Source of the DNA: Candidatus Latescibacterota bacterium
GTDB taxonomy: Bacteria; Latescibacterota; UBA2968; UBA8231
NCBI GenBank assembly: GCA_965215195.1
Contig: CBDCDC010000002.1
Span: 3,744,001 to 3,808,000 of the forward strand
DNA length: 64,000 nt
Reading direction: 5' to 3'
The position numbers were made by a program, and so were the translations under genes. Below, in pieces: positions 1 to 9,763 of this stretch (positions are counted from its first letter, which is position 1; every line of letters starts with the position of its first letter). The notes below the pieces were generated by a model. That model saw only the letters and a list, made by a program, of their open reading frames with translations, did not search any database and had not been told where the DNA came from.

Positions 1-799
1 TGACGTCAGCACCGCGGTCAAGCAGGTCGCGCACGCGCTGGACATTGCCGCCGCGATCGCCGCGCGACTGAAAGACAAGGGGCGGCCAGCCGCCCTCGGC
101 GTGGTCCACATCCACTGAGACGCCGCGAGCGGTCAACAATTCGATGATCTCGGCATTGACGATGCCGGAACGAGGAACCTCGGCGTGGGTTGGATCGGCC
201 CCGGCGTCGAGCAGGGCCTTGAGGATGTCGGCGCGATCCCGCCACACGGCAAAGCGAATCAGCCCGCCACTGTACGGCCGCGGGTCGGCACCCCGCGCCA
301 ATAGCATAGAGACGATGGCGAGGTGCCCGGCGCTGACGGCGTAATGCAAAACCGTCGTGCGCTGGCTGGAATCGTGCTGGGCTTTCTCGGCCGTTGCCAG
401 CTCCGGGTCTCGGTTGAGGTAGAAGGCGACCGCATCGCTCTCGCCGAGAAAGGCCGCGGTGTAAATGTCGGTTGCGGCACCGCGTGTTAGTAGCCGGTCG
501 GCGACCGCGTGGTGGCGCTTGTAACGCGCGGCGCAGTAGGGAGAGATTTCGACCAGCAGCGGCGTGAAGTGACAGCCGCAGGCGTGGATGTCAGCGCCTC
601 GGTCGAGCAGGTAATCAACCATGGCGAGCCGTCCCCGGTACGCGGCTTCCCACAACATGGTGCGGCCGTGCGAACCGACGCGGCCGATCCACGCTGGTTT
701 CTGCGCCAATACGGCTTGGACCGTTTGCAGGTCGTCGCGCCCGGCGGCAGCCACCGCGATCTTGAGAAAATCACTAATTTTTCCCGGCAAAATCGACAT
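1..799 (-). CDS. Ankyrin-repeat protein (3' end runs off window)
   Basis: Manual translation from ATG 799 (not in ORF track): MSILPGKISDFLK...GRTMLWEAAYRGRLAMVDYLLDRGADI...TTVLHYAVSAGHLAIVSMLLARGADP...LKALLDAGADP...LLDRGADV; repeated ankyrin LLxxGAD motifs, open to window edge. Confidence 0.88.
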   Translation of the reverse strand, partial: MSILPGKISDFLKIAVAAAGRDDLQTVQAVLAQKPAWIGRVGSHGRTMLWEAAYRGRLAMVDYLLDRGADIHACGCHFTPLLVEISPYCAARYKRHHAVADRLLTRGAATDIYTAAFLGESDAVAFYLNRDPELATAEKAQHDSSQRTTVLHYAVSAGHLAIVSMLLARGADPRPYSGGLIRFAVWRDRADILKALLDAGADPTHAEVPRSGIVNAEIIELLTARGVSVDVDHAEGGWPPLVFQSRGDRGGNVQRVRDLLDRGADV

Positions 800-838
800 T
801 GTTGCCCGACCTTATCACAACCAACGGGTTTCGAGATT

Positions 839-2212
839 TCACGGACTGTAATAGTTCCAAGTCATCTTACTGCGGCGGTAGTGGTCTTGCGACCACAGGC
901 GTGGCCGATCAGCCAGATTTTCGGACTCGTTGAAGTAGATGTGGAGTTGGTTGCCGTGCAAGACGATCAGTTCTTCGCGCCAATCTCCAGCCACATCGGC
1001 GACGTAGAGCCGGTCGGCCTTTTCCTCGAAGCGGTGGAGAAACTGCCCGCTGAGCGGGTCGAAGATGCCAATGTCCCCGGAGGTATGGCGCTCTTTGGCC
1101 GCGGCAAGCTGTTTGCGGGCACCCGTCCAATCGATCTTGTGGATGACCTCAACGCCTCTTGCGGTCCAGCCCTCGGGTGCGACATCGTCCATCTGGTAAT
1201 CCGCGATCTTCTCTCCCCGTGCGTCAAAGATGAAGGGTTTCTGATGCTCGTTATAGCGGCTCCGACACCATATCTCCAAGCCCGGCCGCTCTAGGTCGAA
1301 CTCGCCGACCGCCGCATTCTGAGGTTCCTGGTGGCGGAAGTGCGTTTCCCACAAGAGCTGTTCGTGGTTGTAGAGGAAAATGCGATTGCCGCCGCCTTCT
1401 TCCAAGGCGACGATTTCCAAGCCCGGTATATCGGGCCGTACGTCGTAGATGAAGATTGAGTCGATGTGACCTTTTAGGGGAATTCGCAATAAAATTTTGC
1501 CAGCGGCAGAGACGACCGTACCGCCGATCACCTCGTCGTACCCATCTCCGTTCAGATCCGCCAGCCGCGCGCCGTTGTGGGCGCAGGCGACGAAATCGTC
1601 GCGTTGCCACAGGGGGACAAAATGTCCGCGCCGGAGATCGGCCAGCGCATAGGCCGCTAGAAAGCGCCCCATGCGGTAGCCTTTGGCATTGGTGGCTTGG
1701 AGGAGTAAATCGCGATCTCCCGCGCCGCGGAAATTGGCGACGACCAAATGCTCCCAGCGTTGGACGCCGTTGGGGATGGGAGGCTTTGCGCTCCACTGCT
1801 CGCGCCCGGTAGGGCCAGCAACCACGTGGAGCGTGCCATCTTGGGTAAGGAACAGCACTTCGACCTGTTTGTCGCCATCGACGTCAGCAGCCTGAACGCC
1901 TGGCCCGTGATGGCCGGGTAGGCCGACGCGCCCTGAGGAGCCGCCCACACAGAGGTCGGTTTCGATCGTCCAGAGCTTGCGGCCATCGTGGGCATGAGCC
2001 GCGAGATAATTGGGAACCGTGACCAAGTAATCCATGCGTCCATCCCCATTCAGATCGGCGACAATTAGGCCGCCGGCAGAATCCGTAGGGCCGGGAATGT
2101 CCAATTGGATGACGAATGGATTTACGCGGTATGCAGGCCAGTGCGACCGCGCGTTCCCGGCAGTAGAACAACTGGCTAGCATGAACAGCGTCAGGAGAAG
2201 TTGCAATGCCAT
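839..2212 (-). CDS. FG-GAP/VCBS-repeat beta-propeller lipoprotein (rhamnogalacturonan lyase PL11 C-terminal-like)
   Basis: Likely start MALQLLLTLFMLASC (lipobox-like) at 2212 inside the 612-aa ORF; repeated DLNGDG/DVDGD/DVAGDWREE Ca-binding motifs. Confidence 0.7.
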   Translation of the reverse strand: MALQLLLTLFMLASCSTAGNARSHWPAYRVNPFVIQLDIPGPTDSAGGLIVADLNGDGRMDYLVTVPNYLAAHAHDGRKLWTIETDLCVGGSSGRVGLPGHHGPGVQAADVDGDKQVEVLFLTQDGTLHVVAGPTGREQWSAKPPIPNGVQRWEHLVVANFRGAGDRDLLLQATNAKGYRMGRFLAAYALADLRRGHFVPLWQRDDFVACAHNGARLADLNGDGYDEVIGGTVVSAAGKILLRIPLKGHIDSIFIYDVRPDIPGLEIVALEEGGGNRIFLYNHEQLLWETHFRHQEPQNAAVGEFDLERPGLEIWCRSRYNEHQKPFIFDARGEKIADYQMDDVAPEGWTARGVEVIHKIDWTGARKQLAAAKERHTSGDIGIFDPLSGQFLHRFEEKADRLYVADVAGDWREELIVLHGNQLHIYFNESENLADRPRLWSQDHYRRSKMTWNYYSP

Positions 2213-2219
2213 GAAATGT

Positions 2220-3155
2220 TTAGACCCCGTTCGATTGGGCGCAGGCCAAAGCGACAATGGCAGCGGGCGCTCGCCAAAACGCAGACCAATTCTCGCCTCT
2301 ATCCTCACTGCGATGGAGCTGATCCTCGACAGCGACCCAAGCAATCCCCTCGGCGTCAAAGGCGATGTGGAAAGTGTCGATATTGCCCCTGACCTCGGGG
2401 AAGCCGGCAAGCGCCCGGGTCCAAGTGCGACCCGCGTCGTGCGAAAAGTAGAGCTTGCCCTGCACATCCCTGCGACCCCCAGGCCCTTTGCTGACGCTGG
2501 CCAGCAGGCAGTCGGGATCGTGCGGATGGACGGCGAGGGCGCGGCCATAGCGGTTTGCCAAGCCCTCCTGCCGATGCTCCCAAGAACGGCCGTAGTCGTC
2601 GCTGACAAAGACCGCGTCCGCACTATTGGCGTACAGGCGTCCTGCGCGGCTAGGGGCGGTCGCCACCTGATGCACATCGGCGTGCAAGTCCGGAGTCACC
2701 GGCGCCCAAGTAGCGCCGCGGTCGGGCGAACGCATGATGCTGCCGACGTGGATATCGGCAAAAACCCAATCGCCGCTGCGCGCCAAACTGCGCACGGCCG
2801 GCGGACCGCCCCAAGGCGTGTACCAGCTCGAGCGGCATTCCAAAGCGTCAAAGGATTCTATCCGACTCGCTGGTTCTCCGTCGCCGTTGAGACAGTACAC
2901 GTGGGGCGGCTCGGTGCCCAGCAGCACTTGCAGCGGCTCCTCGGATAGCAAGGCAATACACTTGACCGAATCGCCGATGCCGGTGGCCTGCGGTTGGGCT
3001 TGGCCATTGGCCAAAACGACTACTTGGCCATCGGCCAGACCAATGGCGGAACAACGGACGCCCTCGTCTAGGCAGCGGATGCCGTCAATGGCCAAGCGCT
3101 GCGCGGGCGTTTCTCCCTCCAAGGTGAAGACCTGATTGCTGGTAGCTATGAGCAT
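2220..3155 (-). CDS. BNR/Asp-box repeat (sialidase-fold/YCF48-like) protein
   Basis: Repeated SxDxGxxW boxes (SPDRGATW, SDDYGRSW, SHDAGRTW, SEDRGENW); GGAGG RBS upstream. Confidence 0.8.
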   Translation of the reverse strand: MLIATSNQVFTLEGETPAQRLAIDGIRCLDEGVRCSAIGLADGQVVVLANGQAQPQATGIGDSVKCIALLSEEPLQVLLGTEPPHVYCLNGDGEPASRIESFDALECRSSWYTPWGGPPAVRSLARSGDWVFADIHVGSIMRSPDRGATWAPVTPDLHADVHQVATAPSRAGRLYANSADAVFVSDDYGRSWEHRQEGLANRYGRALAVHPHDPDCLLASVSKGPGGRRDVQGKLYFSHDAGRTWTRALAGFPEVRGNIDTFHIAFDAEGIAWVAVEDQLHRSEDRGENWSAFWRAPAAIVALACAQSNGV

Positions 3156-3173
3156 GATCGTCCTCCAAAAGCC

Positions 3174-3207
3174 AAACCCGCCGGCTCATGGTGCCGGCGG
3201 GTTTTTG
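3174..3207. terminator. Intrinsic terminator-like hairpin, probably bidirectional
   Basis: AAACCCGCCGGC-tcatggt-GCCGGCGGGTTT perfect 12-bp stem with T-rich tails on both strands; downstream of CDS 3287-4576. Confidence 0.75.
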
Positions 3208-3286
3208 TGGCAGCCTGTTGCGCCGTATGAAACTAAGCTAATTCAACCCTGTCAAGGCTGCGGGCTTGATGACTTGACGCACGTTC

Positions 3287-4576
3287 TCAGCGCTTGAAGT
3301 CGTACTCCATCAGTTCGGCCGTGCCCTGCCATACGATACCGTTGTGCCCCAGCCGACGCGCTTCGCTGACGATGCGGTCGATTGCCTCTGGCGGCCAACC
3401 CTCTCCGTGGATAATCGGATAGGATGGCATGTCCGCCGGTAGGTACAGTTTGGCCTTCACCAGATCCCGCAAAACCAAGTCGGCCGTGGGGATCCGATAG
3501 GCCAGCGTCGCCGGCTCGTCAGCGCCGTAGGCGGCGATGGTCTCTGGCAACCCCATGCCGTCGTACCCGGTAAACCGATAGACGAGCTGCAGGGCATCCT
3601 CTTCCTGCAGGTTGGGAATTTCCTCCTGTAGAAAGCGGGCCCACTCGATGAACGTGTTGCAGACAAAGGCGGAAATGTGGGACACCAGCGGGCTGGCAAA
3701 ATCGGCCATCTCACCCCAACGCCGGTAATCGTGGCCCGCCGTCAGGGCCATGGAGGCCGGGTAGGTGTCGGTGCCAAAGGCCGTGTTAGGGGCCGCGGCA
3801 TGCACTGCCGCCCGAAAGCGCGCCAGATTGCGCACGATCAGGTCACAGCGGAAGCGGACCCAGTCGAGTACCCCCGACCTCAGACCGAGCGCGTGGACCA
3901 CATCGAAGAAACCAACCCCGAGACGGACTACCTCGCCGAGGTGAGCACCGTCGAGCTGGCGCAGGCCCTCTCGGGCGCGCTGCAAGTCCTCCACCATCGC
4001 TGCCATGTCGTAACCGAGCTCTTGAGCGGCGGCCGTGCAAGAAGAACAGGTGCAGCCAAAAAGCCCCAGGGGAAAGCTGCCCATCGGATAGCGGAAGTGG
4101 GTGATGTCGAGCGCGTCGAGATCGTACTGGGTCGCCCAATACACACACACGGCCTCGATCCAGTCTTGCACATCCTCCCGCGATGGACAGAACATGAGAC
4201 GGCGAATCGTCCAAGCTCCTCCGTACGTCCACACCTTCAGGCCTGCTTCCTTTAGCTGTCCCACAGCCTTTCTGAATGCTTCGTCGTCGCCTTGGGCCGC
4301 AACGCCGGGACCGCACAGGGCCTGAGCCTGCTGGTATTCCCGCGGATCTACGGGCCGACCATCGAAATGCCGCATAACGAGCTTGCCCAGTTCCTCTGCG
4401 GTCGGTGTGCGTCCTCCATAGGGACTGAGGGCGAGCACCTCCGCCGATAGCTGGCCGGTAAAGGAGAGAACTACCGCATTCAGACCGATCTCATCGCGCA
4501 GCCGCTCGACATAATCGGGGTATTTGAGCACCTCATCCGTGGTCAGATAAATTCCCGTGAGCCAATTATTGGTCAT
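3287..4576 (-). CDS. Putative glycoside hydrolase-like TIM-barrel protein (GHL10/DUF187-like)
   Basis: 429 aa; FCPSREDVQ...YDLDALDITHFRYP and C-x-C-x-x-C motif typical of GHL10-like proteins; AGGAGG RBS. Confidence 0.55.
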   Translation of the reverse strand: MTNNWLTGIYLTTDEVLKYPDYVERLRDEIGLNAVVLSFTGQLSAEVLALSPYGGRTPTAEELGKLVMRHFDGRPVDPREYQQAQALCGPGVAAQGDDEAFRKAVGQLKEAGLKVWTYGGAWTIRRLMFCPSREDVQDWIEAVCVYWATQYDLDALDITHFRYPMGSFPLGLFGCTCSSCTAAAQELGYDMAAMVEDLQRAREGLRQLDGAHLGEVVRLGVGFFDVVHALGLRSGVLDWVRFRCDLIVRNLARFRAAVHAAAPNTAFGTDTYPASMALTAGHDYRRWGEMADFASPLVSHISAFVCNTFIEWARFLQEEIPNLQEEDALQLVYRFTGYDGMGLPETIAAYGADEPATLAYRIPTADLVLRDLVKAKLYLPADMPSYPIIHGEGWPPEAIDRIVSEARRLGHNGIVWQGTAELMEYDFKR

Positions 4577-4613
4577 TTGTTTCCCTCCTTTCGGGAGTCG
4601 TTATATCCCGGAC

Positions 4614-6590
4614 TCAAATTACAAATATCATGTTGTCGGTCATGCCAGTGAATCCATCAATCACCGTCCAGATACCCGCCGAAACGAACTGTCCCAGCAC
4701 CATTCCTAAAAAGAAGGGGCGCAAAGCTCTAAACATCTTGGGCCCGCCATAGCGCAACGCGAGGACCTTGATCAACCAAGCCAGAAAGATGCTGAACCAA
4801 GTCCAGTCCATCACCCGGCTGCCGGCAACAGTCAATCCCAGCGGATGGAGAGGCCACCCCAGAAATTTGTGCCGCAATAGCGTCAGCATGCCCATGAGCG
4901 AGGCCCCAATGCCCATGTTCATCCACATCCCCCAAGTCACGTCAATCGGCCGACTGGCTACCGTTGATACTAGGTCGAAGGGCAGCAAATTTGCTCCCAA
5001 GCAGAACCACGAGTGGATGTTTACTCCCCCGACTCCGTAAACTAGCTTGAGCATCAGCCCGAACGACACAATCAGCGACACGATCAGGGCCGCGATAATA
5101 CAGCCAAACACCGGCCGCTTGCGTCCTTGGAAACGCTCGTCGTCCAGCAGCTTCAACCCGTTGGCAATTGACGCCATCAAAAAGGTCCGAATATCCGAAG
5201 ACCACCCGTAGGTGTACCCCAGCGCGGTCACTCCCTGTGTGCCGAGGGCCGGGGTGCCGACGGCATAGAGCATAAAATTGGGCGCGATCAGGGGTGCGCG
5301 GCACGCGGCCATACCGCCTTCGACCACGATGCGAGTAATGGCAATAAAGATCACAAAGGCGATAAACAGGAACAGCCCCCCCGCCCAAAGAGGTAAGCCG
5401 GCCGCCCCGAGCCAGAGGAGCATGACGACCACCGATACTAGGGTGCCGATCACCGCGCTCCGATAGGAGAGAATCTCGCCGGAATCATCTACATCAGGAG
5501 CCGGGGTAAACGCCTTTCTAAATACATCTTGCAGGTGGCCCCTGGCGACCCATCCGCCATAGAGCACCAGTATCAACATTGCCCCGACCGCGGTTGAGGA
5601 GAATATCCCGGAGCTGCCGCCGTAGTGATTGACCCGCAATTGTAGGTACAACCCTAGGGTATCGAACACTCCGTCTAGGCATTTGACCACAACATCCAAA
5701 AACCAAAGCCCGAAAGCCACATCCTGATTGATCAAATAGGCAAATCCCATCACCGGGAAACTGATCATAAAGCGCAACTGGATCGACTCCCGCAGCAACG
5801 AGATAGTGACGCCGGGATAGAGGGGGTTGATTGCAGGCAAATAATCGTAGTACGCATTGAGACCAATGGAAGAAGTGATGCAGGAAGCAAAGGCGAAACC
5901 TAGCCACATCAGGGGATTTTTGAAGAACCCCGCCAACAGACTGCCCTTGCTATTCTCACCGATCATGTCTAGGGGGGCTCTGATGATGGGATATATCAGC
6001 CTCTCGTGCTCGATCCACTGCTTTCTCAGAATGACCATCAGCGCGATCATCACAAAGTAAAAGGCGGCGAAAAAGACGCTCCAGTAGGCCAGCGGCTTCA
6101 ACCACACAGCCCACGGAACCGACTCGCCTTGCGGCAGGCCCTCAAAGAAGTACTTGCACGCCAGTGGATCCTCGATGACCATCCACCCTCTGACATAGGG
6201 GGCCACCAGATTCGCCCAGTCGTTCTCGGGCGTGGCAAAGTAGGGCAGCGTCGCCATCAGGGGGATCTGGTAGTGGGTCAGCCCCATTCCCGTGATCGCA
6301 CACGAGGTCATCATCATCACATAGATGAGGATCAATTCCGTCGGCGTGAATGCCACTCTGGGGCCCATGAGCTTCAACAGCACATTGACGCCGGCCACTA
6401 AGAAAAAGAAAATGAATAGAGCTCCGCCGGTGCTGAAGTCATCGGACATGCGCGAACTTCTGAGAAAAATTTCCCCGTACTGGGTTCCCCCGCCTACCAG
6501 TGCCGAGCACACCAGACCAGTAAAAAAAGCTCTCACCGTCACCCCAGAGGAGTTTCCCACGCTCGTTTCCCTTCGCTTCTGTTCCTTCAT
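4614..6590 (-). CDS. DUF6785/DUF6784 polytopic membrane protein (OPT-like putative transporter)
   Basis: 658 aa, many TM segments; motifs VPWAVWLKPL, LRKQWIEHERLIYPI, WPLHPLG, RYGGPK..RPFFLG. Confidence 0.8.
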   Translation of the reverse strand: MKEQKRRETSVGNSSGVTVRAFFTGLVCSALVGGGTQYGEIFLRSSRMSDDFSTGGALFIFFFLVAGVNVLLKLMGPRVAFTPTELILIYVMMMTSCAITGMGLTHYQIPLMATLPYFATPENDWANLVAPYVRGWMVIEDPLACKYFFEGLPQGESVPWAVWLKPLAYWSVFFAAFYFVMIALMVILRKQWIEHERLIYPIIRAPLDMIGENSKGSLLAGFFKNPLMWLGFAFASCITSSIGLNAYYDYLPAINPLYPGVTISLLRESIQLRFMISFPVMGFAYLINQDVAFGLWFLDVVVKCLDGVFDTLGLYLQLRVNHYGGSSGIFSSTAVGAMLILVLYGGWVARGHLQDVFRKAFTPAPDVDDSGEILSYRSAVIGTLVSVVVMLLWLGAAGLPLWAGGLFLFIAFVIFIAITRIVVEGGMAACRAPLIAPNFMLYAVGTPALGTQGVTALGYTYGWSSDIRTFLMASIANGLKLLDDERFQGRKRPVFGCIIAALIVSLIVSFGLMLKLVYGVGGVNIHSWFCLGANLLPFDLVSTVASRPIDVTWGMWMNMGIGASLMGMLTLLRHKFLGWPLHPLGLTVAGSRVMDWTWFSIFLAWLIKVLALRYGGPKMFRALRPFFLGMVLGQFVSAGIWTVIDGFTGMTDNMIFVI

Positions 6591-6679
6591 CCTCCTCTAA
6601 CTCCCTCTAGTACACAGCGATTTATCCCGCGTCGCACAACTCCCCACCAATCCGCATTCAGATCACAGCGGTGAAGTAG

Positions 6680-7963
6680 TTAATTGCGATTCCCCTTGCT
6701 GCTTAGTACAACTTGGTCTCCAGCCGCGTTCCTGAGCATCACAGTGACGGCTTCCGCTTCTCCGGGCAATCGGATTTCCTCCAAAACCCGCGCTACCTGT
6801 CCCGGCAGCAAGCTCTTGGTGAAAAGAGACTCCCCGCTAGCTGCATCCTGCGCGATGAGTTCGGTTTCTGCCGATACCCCAATATCCATTTTCAAGACGG
6901 CCTTGCCACCATTGCCGCTCTCAAAGGTCAGGCTCGGCTCATTTAGCAGCAAATAATCTCCTGTGAGCCTGTACACAGAGACAACCTGTTCCTTGGTGAC
7001 ACCGTGAAACATCGCCATATCCACGGTGTACTCGCACACCTCGCCCCGGTCGAGATCGACAGAGTACCCCTCCCGCTCCCAGCGGTCGGCGTGATTGGAG
7101 ATGTGGCGGGTCAGCGAAGGCTCTAAGTAGTATGTGTCTGCACCCCGCGTATATCCTATGTACGCGGGGATCTCCCTATCCCCGACAAACACCGCAGAGC
7201 GAACCATAGCCATCACTTGCCGGTTCGCATCGTCCCCAATAACACCCCACCGCGCCGGCACAAACAACTGGAGCCCCCCCGAGCCCCCCCGGCGGAAATC
7301 CACGGCTTCGGGTATTGGCCACGAGTGCCACGACTGGTCCGGGATCTGGTATTGGGGAATGAGTCCGCTCCACACCACCCAGCACTGACTGCCGGGGGCG
7401 TAAAAATAATCGCTGTCGTCGCACTCGCCTCCCACGCAGGGACTGCCGTGGACGCAGTGTTGAAAGCGGGCGCGTCGTGCGCCGACATTTTCTATCTCGT
7501 AATCCATCTTCAGCCGCGTGGAGCCCGCGTAAGCGGTCGTGGTCTTTTCGAATCTCAGTTCGCACAATTTGCCGGTGACTGGGTCGGAGTAGGGAAAAGT
7601 TATCTCACCTACCAAAACTGCACGGCGCTCGTAGAGCCGGGCCGTCATCTCCCACGGTTGTGTCCATAGGTAGCCCATGTAGGGCGATCCCCCGGTCCAC
7701 GGCACACATTCGGCGACACCGCCGTGCGGATAGTGTTTGCCGTGGTTTTTGTCGAGGGGTTCGAGCTGTCTTAGCTGTTCCACGCCCGCGATTTTGTCGA
7801 AATAACTCAGAGGCGACCGGCCCCGGGTATGGGCTATCTCACTCCTGATGTATTTATTTTCAAACACATATATCGGCTGCCCATCGCGTTCGCTGGTATA
7901 GAGAGATACTTGGCCCATTGCGGGGAAGGCCCCCAAAAGAGCCAAGGATAAAGCCCATCGCAT
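6680..7963 (-). CDS. Secreted hypothetical protein, galactose-mutarotase-like (DUF5107-like) beta-sandwich
   Basis: Signal peptide; FENKYIRSEI...GR..SYFDKIAG and LKMDYEIEN resemble aldose-epimerase-like supersandwich. Confidence 0.5.
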   Translation of the reverse strand: MRWALSLALLGAFPAMGQVSLYTSERDGQPIYVFENKYIRSEIAHTRGRSPLSYFDKIAGVEQLRQLEPLDKNHGKHYPHGGVAECVPWTGGSPYMGYLWTQPWEMTARLYERRAVLVGEITFPYSDPVTGKLCELRFEKTTTAYAGSTRLKMDYEIENVGARRARFQHCVHGSPCVGGECDDSDYFYAPGSQCWVVWSGLIPQYQIPDQSWHSWPIPEAVDFRRGGSGGLQLFVPARWGVIGDDANRQVMAMVRSAVFVGDREIPAYIGYTRGADTYYLEPSLTRHISNHADRWEREGYSVDLDRGEVCEYTVDMAMFHGVTKEQVVSVYRLTGDYLLLNEPSLTFESGNGGKAVLKMDIGVSAETELIAQDAASGESLFTKSLLPGQVARVLEEIRLPGEAEAVTVMLRNAAGDQVVLSSKGNRN

Positions 7964-8005
7964 TGAAAAACTCCTTTCGCGAATGCTATAGTCGAACCGC
8001 TGACC

Positions 8006-9763
8006 TCAGGGCGCACGGCTGCTGTCGTTCCATCCACCGGCCCCGACCCATCCCCTGCCTTCCTCGATCACGACGCGCTGATTGACGGCTAACTGGCGCA
8101 GGCGATCCACCGTGCCGCTGGGCCAGCGCACGACGAGTTGCTCTATGCGCTCGCTCTTCCCCAACCCAAAAGAAGCGTGCCGGTCATTTTGGCTGTACAG
8201 TCCAGAGCCGCTCTTGATCTCCCTGATCTGGCGCAAACCGCCCGCGTTGAGTTCGACTCGCGCCCCCACGCCATCCCTGTTGCTCTCTACACCGGTCACT
8301 CTGACTTGGAACCAGTTGTGCTCGTTGCCCCCATCGTTCCGCAGCAGGTCGGCGCGGCCGACCGAATTGACCACGAATATATCCACATCGCCGTCGTTGT
8401 CGTAATCCCCGAACGCCGCCCCCCGGCTCACTTTGACGATGGATAGCCCTTCCCCGGAGGCGTCGGAGACCTCGGCGAAGCGTCTGTGTCCCTCGTTCCT
8501 GAACAACTGGTTGCGCTGGGGATACGAGGTGGAGGCGTCAAAAAGAATTGCGTTGTCCAGCGTGTGACCGTTGGCGACGAATACATCCAACAAACCATCG
8601 TTGTCATAGTCGAAGAAGGCGGTACTCCAGCCGACATACGGGAGCGAATAGCGCCCAATACCCGAAGGCGTCGATTCGTACGCGAACAGACCATCGCCTT
8701 CGTTCCGATAGAGACTGGTAGGCTCGCGCTGAAAGTTGGGGACGACGAGATCGAGGAAGCCATCGTTGTCGTAGTCGCCGAAGTCGGCCCCCATGCTGGC
8801 TTCCATCCGCCCATCGCCACTGTAGCCGACCCCGGCGATAAGAGCTACATCCGCAAAAGTTCCATCGCCGTTGTTCTGGTAGAGGAAATTGGCTGTCTGG
8901 TCGTTGGCCACGAAGAGATCGGTGTCCCCGTCGTTGTCGTAATCGCCGCACACCAAACCCATCCCCTTTCCACCTCGATTGAATACCCCGGCTTGGACCG
9001 TGACGTCCGCAAAGGTTCCATCTCTCTCGTTGTGATACAGTGCATCGGGAGAGCCTGTAAAATTATCGGGACTGGGATAGGCCCTGATATCTGGTGCTAC
9101 TTCTTCGTCGGCAAGGGAGCCAACGGCGTATGGAGTCAGATCCTTTTTAGGGGCGTCGAGAGTATATTCGACATAGTTGGCCACGTACAAATCGAGGAAT
9201 CCGTCGTTGTCGTAATCAAAAAAGGCACAGCCCGTCCCCCACAATTCGTTCCCCAATCCCGCCTGATCGGTGACATTGGCAAAGGTTCCATTCCCCTCGT
9301 TGCGATACAGCGCGTTCGGACCGTAATTGGTGAGGTAGATATCCACATCGCCGTCGTTGTCGTAATCGGCGGCGGTCACGCCCATGCCGTATCCCCGGTC
9401 TTGCACCCCAGCCTCGCGCCCGACTTCGGCGAAGGTTCCATTGCCCCGGTTGCGATAGAGCGCATTGCGCTCTTCAGAGTCGGCGTTGGGAGTCAGATCG
9501 TGACCATTGACTGCGTATAAATCGAGAAATCCATCGCCATCGTAATCCAGAAATGCGCACCCTGGTCCCATGGTTTCGATAAAGTACTTCTGCCCAGTGC
9601 CGCCGTGGGTGTAGTGAAAATCGATACCCGCCTCTGCGCTCACTTCCACAAAATGCACCTGCCCCCCATGGATGACCGAAACCCAGAGCACGAGGCAGAT
9701 CGACCCCATTGAGTATGCGGCAGGAGTTCGTGCCCCAATGGCACTAGGGATTCCCCAGAGCAT
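8006..9763 (-). CDS. CRTAC1 family protein (FG-GAP repeats + ASPIC/UnbV domain)
   Basis: Many DYDNDG repeats, NALYRNxGxGTF repeats, C-terminal SNRDGVGARV...SQND...FGLG...VRWPSG; start could be 9709. Confidence 0.93.
   Translation of the reverse strand: MLWGIPSAIGARTPAAYSMGSICLVLWVSVIHGGQVHFVEVSAEAGIDFHYTHGGTGQKYFIETMGPGCAFLDYDGDGFLDLYAVNGHDLTPNADSEERNALYRNRGNGTFAEVGREAGVQDRGYGMGVTAADYDNDGDVDIYLTNYGPNALYRNEGNGTFANVTDQAGLGNELWGTGCAFFDYDNDGFLDLYVANYVEYTLDAPKKDLTPYAVGSLADEEVAPDIRAYPSPDNFTGSPDALYHNERDGTFADVTVQAGVFNRGGKGMGLVCGDYDNDGDTDLFVANDQTANFLYQNNGDGTFADVALIAGVGYSGDGRMEASMGADFGDYDNDGFLDLVVPNFQREPTSLYRNEGDGLFAYESTPSGIGRYSLPYVGWSTAFFDYDNDGLLDVFVANGHTLDNAILFDASTSYPQRNQLFRNEGHRRFAEVSDASGEGLSIVKVSRGAAFGDYDNDGDVDIFVVNSVGRADLLRNDGGNEHNWFQVRVTGVESNRDGVGARVELNAGGLRQIREIKSGSGLYSQNDRHASFGLGKSERIEQLVVRWPSGTVDRLRQLAVNQRVVIEEGRGWVGAGGWNDSSRAP

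Noticed and set aside
2213-2677. N-terminal extension of the 612-aa ORF
   Set aside because: Overlaps the BNR-repeat gene in another frame; the true start is the signal peptide at 2212
509-2948. Long plus-strand ORFs (509-1294, 2034-2948) and similar ones such as 8486-9520
   Set aside because: Antisense shadows of well-supported opposite-strand genes, common in GC-rich DNA; no motifs
3208-3286. TTGACA at 3250-3255 (minus) upstream of the hairpin, i.e. attenuator/riboswitch for the BNR gene
   Set aside because: No properly spaced -10 box and no aptamer recognised; the hairpin is explained as terminator of the upstream gene
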